Assembly (NCBI GenBank): GCA_035623825.1
Contig: DASPSR010000023.1
Location: forward strand, 1 to 28,167
Reading direction: 5' to 3'
Source: Nitrospirota bacterium
GTDB taxonomy: Bacteria; Nitrospirota; UBA9217
DNA length: 28,167 nucleotides
How positions within the stretch are numbered: the stretch's first letter is position 1; each line of letters opens with the position of its first letter. The notes under the pieces are model-generated. The model had not been told where the DNA came from. It saw only the letters and a program-made list of their open reading frames with translations, and ran no database searches. This document shows positions 1-6,879 of this stretch, piece by piece. The translations under genes were made by a program, and so were the position numbers.

Positions 1-321
1 AGTATTCAAGTCGATAAGCTCAACATTATACTCTTTAAGAAGGCGCAGATACCCGAAGTTCTTATATGCTTCGTGTGTATCGTAGCACGCCGCCTCCGCA
101 ATGATGATTTTGTCCTGGTAAAAGCTCGAAAAAAAATCAAGGATACCTCGTATCTGGTCTACATGGCTCGATGCAAGCTGTATTGTTGAGGAAACGAAGT
201 TGGGTTTGATCACAGGTCGCCTGGATCTCAACCCTTTTTTAACGTCATCGGTGATAAGATCAAGTGATCTTTTCGCAATTGTTCTCCTATCATCTCCTTT
301 TATTAGTGACACTCGCGGCAT
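1..321 (-). CDS. DUF362 domain-containing protein (N-terminal part; runs off the window edge)
   Basis: Not in the ORF track. Manual translation from ATG at 321 gives MPRVSLIKGDDRRTIAKRSLDLI...RPVIKPNFVSSTIQLASSHVDQIRGILDFF...KIIIAEAAC...FGYLRLLKEYNVELIDLN, open to base 1. The IKPN, IIIAE and VELIDLN motifs are typical of DUF362. Confidence 0.8.
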   Translation of the reverse strand, partial: MPRVSLIKGDDRRTIAKRSLDLITDDVKKGLRSRRPVIKPNFVSSTIQLASSHVDQIRGILDFFSSFYQDKIIIAEAACYDTHEAYKNFGYLRLLKEYNVELIDLNT

Positions 322-465
322 GTGGATTTTATTGTACTTTTGTTCAATCTTTTCTCGATCGACGAGATTAATTTTAGTATAGCAAAAAAGAAAAACACTG
401 ATGTGGTATTCGGGGAGTGTTGATGATGTGACAATAAAGAGCAACTCAAAGGACAAGATTTCGAT

Positions 466-514
466 ATGAAACATACATCCCGGTGTGTCAGTCAAAAACA
501 ATAACTACAGGATG
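466..514. repeat. Dispersed intergenic repeat, copy A (partner at 23568-23616)
   Basis: atgaaacatacatc-N8-tcagtcaaaaacaataactacaggatg matches 23568-23616 at 39 of 49 positions in an ungapped manual alignment. Confidence 0.75.
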
Positions 515-773
515 CTGCATTGGAGTTAAGGACAAGCTTAACTACAATAACTTCATGTAGAAGTCTCTCTTTTCTCGTCACAGGGCTGCCTTTTTCACTG
601 ACTGGAAGCCTTCAAATGGGTGACTAATAAATCTCATGACCTGGCATTGGGGCTTTCTACCCGAAGGTCTTCAATTCTGCTTCAGCGTGTTTTCAGCGCC
701 GCAGTCCGCAACCGTTTCGATTCGCCATGCCGCTCAATCCGCCAATGAAACCGCTGTTCCCGGGGTGGCGCGG

Positions 774-1280
774 TCAGATATCCAGGGTGATCGTCTTTTT
801 CGACGTCCTCAGCTTCGACTCAATGGCGGTTCTCAATTCGCTCAGGGAAAGGTCTCTGTTCTGCCCCTTCAGGAACTTCTGCATCGTCACCAGCGCATCA
901 TGTTCCACATCGAACGATAGGGGCCGCGACAGGTCGCCCACGATTTTCACCTCGCACCTGATGGTCCTCTTCTTCCCCTTCACCGCTACTTCCAGGTCCC
1001 TCTGTTGGAAGGTGATTTGCTGGAAGACATGGAGAGTGTCGATGCGGTGATACCCCGAGACTTTCAACTCTCGGGCGAGAAAACGCGCGATGACCCCCTC
1101 CTTCGCATCATCGGTGTCTATGATGATGATATTGCCCGGACGGTTTTTCTTGGTGATGCTGGAGACCAGCTGCACGTTGCGTGCGCCTAGTTCCATGATC
1201 CGCCCGATTGCGAAGCCAGTCACCTCGCCGGATACGTGGTCCACCTGTGCGAAGAGGAGGCGTGCCTTCTTCTTTTTCAC
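774..1280 (-). CDS. LarC-family (DUF111) nickel-insertase C-terminal-domain-like protein, stand-alone
   Basis: FAQVDHVSGEVTG...MELGARNV...ITKKNRPG and late DVEHDA match the LarC2 pattern (ETNIDD..GE...GAxDV...MKKxRPG; KPEYED). There is no His-rich N-terminal LarC1 part. The GTG start overlaps the upstream TGA (GTGA). Confidence 0.75.
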   Translation of the reverse strand: MKKKKARLLFAQVDHVSGEVTGFAIGRIMELGARNVQLVSSITKKNRPGNIIIIDTDDAKEGVIARFLARELKVSGYHRIDTLHVFQQITFQQRDLEVAVKGKKRTIRCEVKIVGDLSRPLSFDVEHDALVTMQKFLKGQNRDLSLSELRTAIESKLRTSKKTITLDI

Positions 1281-3049
1281 GAGAACACCAGCCCCTTCAT
1301 AATATCAGACGCCAGACGGGCGGCATGCTTGATATTTGGCGCAGGCAGTGCCAGCAGCACATCGGCAGCAGCCACCGCCTCCTTGGCTGCCGCATCAGGG
1401 TCCATTCCCATGACAGCCGCCATGCAGGCGCAGACGGTGACATCCAGAGAGGAGGCACCGGAGCAGAGCAAATCGATGATAGCGGGGGAGACCGCTGAGA
1501 TGGCGTCGATGGTCGCTTGGTCGGCGTTCATCAGGGCCTCGGGTGCGGCCTTTGCGAGGACATTGTCGAGACGATGGATCTTGCCGTCAATCTTTACCTC
1601 CACATCCACATAGGCGTCGAAGGCAAAGTGGCGCTGGGCAAAGACATGGGACCTCCGGCCCGACCCGGGCCGGACCTCCCTGAACCGTATGTACTCTATA
1701 TTGCGGCCGAGCCTTTTGCTCATCGCCTTTGCGACAGTCACTTCCAGTGATCCGATGAGCCTTTCCTGTGCGCCGCGAACTACCTCACGCAATGTCTTGC
1801 CGAGCTTCATATCGGTATAGGCTTGAAGAGCCCTCACAGCAACCGCATTGGTGAAGCCGGGCTCGGTGGCAGCAAGAATAGCATCCGTTACGGGACCCCG
1901 CTCGACGGTATCAGCCTTGCGGGCCAAAACGTTGGTGGCGGTGATGGCCTGGTCCCGCTGAAAATGCATGTCCATGGTCTTGTTGATGACGCCGATTATC
2001 TCCTCCTGAGGCGCTCCCTTACCCATCAGGTACAGGGCCAGCGTGGGCGAGGTGACCCAGTGATGTAGGGGTATCACCAGCGGTCCCCCGGACCTTCCCG
2101 CTCCGATGACTGAACCTTCCTGGATGATCGAACACAGCTCGGCGAACATAATCATTCCCACCACCGTTGGGGTTCCCGAGTCCTTGAGGATGATGGCAAG
2201 GTCCCCCACCACCCGTGCGGTGTTCAACTCCTCCCCGGTACCGCGGACATGGACAACGGCTGGAAGCTCAGCCTCCTCCACTGCGGCTTGGGCGATGGTC
2301 TCCGGAGTTCTCGTCACCATGAAGCTCCCGAACTCCTCGCCCACGTAAGCATCGGGATGAATGATCTCCAATGCCGCCGCGGCCCCATACAGGGCGGAAA
2401 ACCAGCGGTTCGGTTTCATGCCTGCGGAACCATACGCCTTGATCATGGCCTTCGTGCCAATACGGCTTAGCTTCTGTCCGAGCTTGGGAAATAGGTGGTC
2501 TTCGCCGATGGCTGAATGTCCGATGATGGGGCCGCCAGCGCCCAGCGGCAGGAAGCGTGAATCATAAGGGGCAAGGTGCTCGCTCTCTAAGGCCTGGTAA
2601 ATGGCGAGCGTCGCGGCAAAACCTGATATCTTGTTGTTCTGCTTCTCCGTAGGCATAGAGGAGATGCGGCCCGAGGGGATACCTGCGGCCATCCTCGTCA
2701 CCGCACCCAGTTTTCGGTTCGGGCAAGGCATGCCACACTGCACGTTCACCCCGGCCCAATACAGAAGAACTGCGGCGCAGAGCCCGGCGTTGGCCGGATC
2801 AGCGCCGCACTCCATCAGTTTCTTGACCGCCTTCCTCGCAATATCGTCCACATCGGTGTGGGCCTCGTCGGAGGGTTCGAGCTTCATATGCCTGCCCCTC
2901 CGCATCTCCCTGGCTATCACATTTGCCGCGGCCCAGATGCCGATATTGAAGGCGCCCCATCCGCCGAGACCGGCTTCGAGCTTGTCCACTGTCAGGTAAT
3001 CAGGCCGCGCAGTGACAGCCCTGAAAACAGCTATGATTTCACGTTCCAT
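1277..3049 (-). CDS. Conserved-looking protein of unknown function (590 aa)
   Basis: Long ORF with RBS (AGGAGA) and operon spacing of 34 bp after the methyltransferase and a 4-bp overlap with the larC-like gene. Motif-like segments: NRKLGAVTRMAAG, NNKISGFAA, IIGHSAIGED, LEIIHPDA, GDLAIILKD. No family I can name. Confidence 0.9.
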   Translation of the reverse strand: MEREIIAVFRAVTARPDYLTVDKLEAGLGGWGAFNIGIWAAANVIAREMRRGRHMKLEPSDEAHTDVDDIARKAVKKLMECGADPANAGLCAAVLLYWAGVNVQCGMPCPNRKLGAVTRMAAGIPSGRISSMPTEKQNNKISGFAATLAIYQALESEHLAPYDSRFLPLGAGGPIIGHSAIGEDHLFPKLGQKLSRIGTKAMIKAYGSAGMKPNRWFSALYGAAAALEIIHPDAYVGEEFGSFMVTRTPETIAQAAVEEAELPAVVHVRGTGEELNTARVVGDLAIILKDSGTPTVVGMIMFAELCSIIQEGSVIGAGRSGGPLVIPLHHWVTSPTLALYLMGKGAPQEEIIGVINKTMDMHFQRDQAITATNVLARKADTVERGPVTDAILAATEPGFTNAVAVRALQAYTDMKLGKTLREVVRGAQERLIGSLEVTVAKAMSKRLGRNIEYIRFREVRPGSGRRSHVFAQRHFAFDAYVDVEVKIDGKIHRLDNVLAKAAPEALMNADQATIDAISAVSPAIIDLLCSGASSLDVTVCACMAAVMGMDPDAAAKEAVAAADVLLALPAPNIKHAARLASDIMKGLVFS

Positions 3050-3083
3050 GATCTTTCTCCTACACAGGATTCGGACGCAAGGC

Positions 3084-4112
3084 TCAGACAGCCCATTCCC
3101 TCGCTACCCGCATGAACGCATGTATGTTTTCGTACGGCACACCGGGTGGGATGTCGCAGCCGGGCATGAGGATGAAACCTCCTCGAGTGCCGACTTTCTC
3201 GATGACATTACGGCACGCGTCCTCGACATCCTGTACCGTGCCTCTCAGGAGGACGTTCACCGGGTCCACATTCCCCGCAAAGCATATGGTGCCATGCAGT
3301 ATCTCTTTGGCCCGAACCATGTCCGTCTTGTGATCAAGGCTTATGCAGTGCACCCCTGTCCGGGGATAGAGGTCCAGCCGGTCCGTGGTGTTGCCGCAGA
3401 TATGCAGGATGGTACGCGCCCCTTTTCCGGCTGCCCAGCTGATGAAATCCTGCAGTTGGGGCAGCACGAATTGTTCGAACTGCTTTCTCGATATCAGATC
3501 CCCCGAGGCCGTCGGCTCGCCAAGCAGAATTAGGTCAAGAAGGCCAGGCGACAGAAGCGGTTCGTAAAAGAGCTTTAGCATGCTGACAGCAAACTCCGTC
3601 ACCGACTTCACTAGGCCGGGATTCTTGTAGAGCGCTTTCATCATGGCCTCTTCGCCGACCAGCCGTGCTCCTAGGGTAAAAGGCCCCCACGCCGTCAGCG
3701 TCACAGCATAGTTACCCAGTGCTTTGCTTACAACGCCATAGGCCTGACGAATGGTGGACAGAACGGGATCGCTGCTGATCCGCGAAAGATCGAGTCCCGT
3801 CAGGTCGGATTCCGCATGCACCAGGGTGCCTTCGAGGTCAGGCGTTCCGACATCGCGGTAGTTGATTGCGCATCCGAGTGCTGCAACAGGGAAATTGGGA
3901 TACCCGGAGCCCACGTAGACGATATCGCTCTTAAGCCTGTCAGCCATCTCCGTGATCATCCGGGCCATAAGGGATGAATCAGTTGACATTTGTTTGAAGG
4001 AAACACCGTATTCGCGCGCACTCCATGTGCCCGCGCCAATGAGAGCCGCCGGAATACGATCCGCCGTTTCGCGGTTCAGAGCCCTGTCTATCACTTCACG
4101 GGGCGTTTCCAC
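3084..4112 (-). CDS. UroD/MtaA/CmuA-family methyltransferase (methylcobamide:thiol MT2-like)
   Basis: GPFTLGARLVG, EPTASGDLIS, LHICG, AGNVDPV and MPGCDIP; the H-x-C...C zinc motif is intact. Probable start is GTG at 4112 with AGGAG just upstream (the ORF track starts at 4133). Confidence 0.88.
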   Translation of the reverse strand: METPREVIDRALNRETADRIPAALIGAGTWSAREYGVSFKQMSTDSSLMARMITEMADRLKSDIVYVGSGYPNFPVAALGCAINYRDVGTPDLEGTLVHAESDLTGLDLSRISSDPVLSTIRQAYGVVSKALGNYAVTLTAWGPFTLGARLVGEEAMMKALYKNPGLVKSVTEFAVSMLKLFYEPLLSPGLLDLILLGEPTASGDLISRKQFEQFVLPQLQDFISWAAGKGARTILHICGNTTDRLDLYPRTGVHCISLDHKTDMVRAKEILHGTICFAGNVDPVNVLLRGTVQDVEDACRNVIEKVGTRGGFILMPGCDIPPGVPYENIHAFMRVAREWAV

Positions 4113-4235
4113 TCTGCTTCTCCTGCCGTCCACACTAAATATACCATGGGAGATTTACCCAGTCATAAAGACATCAAAAAGACTCTCGCTAAGCTCTCAT
4201 AAATTATCTTCGAGCTAATAATTAATCAGAGATTG

Positions 4236-4274
4236 ACTTTATCACGATTTGTAAGGCTGGTCAAATTAATTTGA
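4236..4274 (-). promoter_or_regulatory. Putative sigma70 promoter of the methyltransferase operon with an overlapping palindromic operator
   Basis: The minus strand reads TTGACC-N17-TAAAGT. A perfect 14-bp palindrome TCAAATTAATTTGA (4261-4274) overlaps the -35 box. Confidence 0.5.
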
Positions 4275-4617
4275 AAAAGCGTCTTATCTATTATTTATTT
4301 TATCGAATACGCGGCTGTTGGATGATGTTCGATTTAGCGTATTGAACAGTTTTCACTCAGTATCAGAAATAATCAAAATTACGACCTTGGAGTCCTCTAC
4401 CCGAATGCTTTCTGGATTAATTATAAATATGTTAGTTGCGTGAGTGGTATTTTGCCTCGGGATTGGCAGGTTGCTCATGCTTGAACCCGGGACGGGAATG
4501 CGTCGCCGTAGAAGATAACCTTGTTTCTGGGAAAGCGCTTGGCGAAACGGGCGGCACTCACCTCTCCCAAGGCAAAGTCTCCGCGACGCCTTGTGATGTT
4601 TTATATTGGCAGTTCCT

Positions 4618-5931
4618 TCAGACAAGACAGGATTTAAACGTCTTCAAATGCTTAGGATTTCCTTTGAACTTGATGCTACCCGTAATCATTACCCTAACAG
4701 GCGATATCTCTTCATTGAGCATGCGCACCCACGCTTCCGCATCGGCCCGGATACGCAGATCGGCAATACCCTGATGGCCCTCGCTGACAATAATTTTCCG
4801 ATTGGCAATATTGATGGTTGCCTCCCGCTCGGTACCGCCTGTGAACGTAAACTGCAGGTTCAGCTTTACTCCTTCAGCCTTCTCAGGATTGAACAGTAGC
4901 GTAACGCCGTCCAGGAAGCTTCCAATCGAAGCGGGCCTAATTGTATTCTTGACGTAGCGAACGGTCTTTGCCGTGTTTGACCGGGCTGTCTTTTCAGCCC
5001 GTGTTCCCTTTATCACATAGACCGGCTCCCTTTTCTCGCGCAGCGGTCTGACGATGGCTTGAACATAAGCTTTCTTGTCTCTACGGTACGCCTCCACTGT
5101 TTCTTCGCCTGCAGGGCAGACTGCCATACAATAGGAGCATCGGTAGCTATGACCGTATGTCAGGGATTCCCATTTTGCGATGGTCTCGTAGTCGCGGAAT
5201 TGGGCGCGATACGACCGGACGCTTCCCGATGAGACGATCTTTTCAATCCATTCTTGAAATCCTCCGAACAGTTCGTGATAATTATGCATCGCACAGGACA
5301 TGAAATCCAGGCCTTCGTCCATGCGAATCGCCCCCACCGGACATACGGAGATGCACAGTCCGCAGCGAAAACAAGGAGATTCCGGTAACGGCTGATCATA
5401 GCGGTCGAGAGGAACATTGATCAATATCGTATCTAGTATGACGTGATTGCCAAACTTCGGGTGGATTATCACCCGGTGTACGCCCATCATGCCGAGACCG
5501 GCCTCCGATGCCACAATCTTGTGGCTCACTTCCCAGAGTTTTCCCGGCCAGCGGGTGGTATCCATGGGAAAGGCGGGCGGCACGGCAATGCCGCGTATTC
5601 CCTTCGAGTTCAGACGTCGAATAATCCGGAAAGCGGCATCGGCCAGGCGCTCAATGGTCTTTGCGAATTCCCAGTCGGCAACCGACGTCGACGGGCTGGT
5701 AACGCTTTCGCGGTTCGCCCGTACCAGAAGGGACACGGCCGTGGCTGCCCCGGGGAAAATCCTCAGCATAGCATCGCGCTCCGGCTCGAGCGCAGGACGG
5801 CCAATATCGACAAATCCAGCGTCATCCGCGCCCTCCTCAAGACAGATTTTTCGAAGATCGTCCGCGGACAGTGTATTGTTGCAGCAGTCCTTGTTTGCCA
5901 GATCGACGAGTTTGTGATCATTAGCATTCAT
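4618..5931 (-). CDS. Epoxyqueuosine-reductase/reductive-dehalogenase-like 2x[4Fe-4S] protein with C-terminal SCP2 sterol-carrier domain
   Basis: N-terminal GADDAGF, SHKIVASEAGLG..G..IIHPKFG, CFRCGLCISVCP, C...CSYCMAVCP. The C-terminal FNPEKAEG..LQFTFTG...ADLRIRAD...GSIKFKGN is SCP2-like. Confidence 0.82.
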   Translation of the reverse strand: MNANDHKLVDLANKDCCNNTLSADDLRKICLEEGADDAGFVDIGRPALEPERDAMLRIFPGAATAVSLLVRANRESVTSPSTSVADWEFAKTIERLADAAFRIIRRLNSKGIRGIAVPPAFPMDTTRWPGKLWEVSHKIVASEAGLGMMGVHRVIIHPKFGNHVILDTILINVPLDRYDQPLPESPCFRCGLCISVCPVGAIRMDEGLDFMSCAMHNYHELFGGFQEWIEKIVSSGSVRSYRAQFRDYETIAKWESLTYGHSYRCSYCMAVCPAGEETVEAYRRDKKAYVQAIVRPLREKREPVYVIKGTRAEKTARSNTAKTVRYVKNTIRPASIGSFLDGVTLLFNPEKAEGVKLNLQFTFTGGTEREATINIANRKIIVSEGHQGIADLRIRADAEAWVRMLNEEISPVRVMITGSIKFKGNPKHLKTFKSCLV

Positions 5932-5939
5932 GATTTACT

Positions 5940-6084
5940 TGACCTCCCCCCTGATTATTGTACCAGGTATAGTGTCGGATTTTTTGGTTGGATTGCCTAT
6001 GGAGCCGTGGGGGCGATAACCCATAGCGCTGTGTGGATGGATGTAAGCATACTCCCACCTCCACATTTCAATCAAGACTTTGAC
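5940..6084 (-). mobile_element. IS3-family remnant: transposase C-terminus plus right terminal inverted repeat
   Basis: KVLIEMWRWEYAYIHPHSAMGYRP matches the IS3 integrase-core tail (IExWRxxYNxxRPHSSLGYRPP). It is followed by CTGGTACAATAATCAGGGGGGAGGTCA, a typical IS3-family end terminating in CA at 5940. Confidence 0.75.
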
Positions 6085-6378
6085 TGGAAGATACCAAACA
6101 AGGATGAAACTTATCTTATTTTTAAACTTTAGCACCAAGCCGCCAGATTGTCAACACGGCAGAGAGAGCAGGAGCGGGAGTTCCGCTCGGCGTGGAGAGC
6201 TAGGACTAGAGTTCCGGGTAACTTAATGAGACGGAAGGAGCATGCTATCTTCAAGGCATTGTTTTTAAGAGGTCTTGGTGCCTTCTGGCCGAGGACCTAT
6301 CCTGTAGATCACATAAACAGTGGAAATATTGACGTATTATGCCCAATCGTCTTTATTTAGCTTATGGGGGGGTACGGT

Positions 6379-6411
6379 AAAACAAGATCAACACCGCGGT
6401 CGCGGAGTTGA
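6379..6411 (-). terminator. Possible intrinsic terminator downstream of the Rdx gene
   Basis: Hairpin TCAAC-A-CCGCG/CGCGG-A-GTTGA followed on the minus strand by TCTTGTTTT. Confidence 0.35.
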
Positions 6412-6482
6412 GCGTGCGGATATCGCTTAGACAAGCACGTAAAAAATAGAGCGGGAAATAGCAGTGTTGATGCGCGAAGCAG

Positions 6483-6722
6483 TTAAGGATTTTCTGGCTT
6501 TGTCTTCAAGATACCAACAATTTCATTGAAGTCGGGAAAGCGCCTCGTCGCTTTTTTGGAAAATATCAGTTTATCATCTACCGCAACCTCAAAGGCGCCA
6601 ATCTCCTGAGAGTGTATTAATTCGGGTTTCATGCCGATTTCTGTTTCTATTAGGCGAGAAAGGCTGGCAGCGATCGGCCTGTAATTGCAGGTGCCGCAAT
6701 ATGATATGGACAATTTCTTCAT
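6483..6722 (-). CDS. Rdx family (SelW/SelT/SelH-like) redoxin, Cys homologue
   Basis: ISYCGTCNYRP...GAFEVAVDDKLIFSKK..RFP carries CxxC where selenoprotein homologues have CxxU. ATG at 6722 has a GGAGG RBS. Confidence 0.85.
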   Translation of the reverse strand: MKKLSISYCGTCNYRPIAASLSRLIETEIGMKPELIHSQEIGAFEVAVDDKLIFSKKATRRFPDFNEIVGILKTKPENP

Positions 6723-6879
6723 ATTTTTATCCTCCATGGCTGCTTTCAAGATATGCACTATTGGCAATCCTAGGGAGACGACGGAGTCGTTTGCCTTTTT
6801 TTTAAAGAAGATTAACCGAAAACTGAACTATATTATAGCAGACCGATTGACAAGATATCACCCTGCCACGCGACCGCGT

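Noticed and set aside
1277-4112. Pyrrolysine read-through in the methyltransferase operon
   Set aside because: Both ORFs are uninterrupted and the next gene starts right after each stop; there is no MttB/MtmB-like split ORF.
4400-4610. Cobalamin riboswitch upstream of the methyltransferase operon (ACCTGCC on the minus strand)
   Set aside because: The other conserved elements (GGGAA, GCCACTG, full B12 box) are missing.
6660-6700. Selenocysteine in the Rdx protein
   Set aside because: The second redox position is TGC (Cys), not TGA, and no SECIS-like stem follows.
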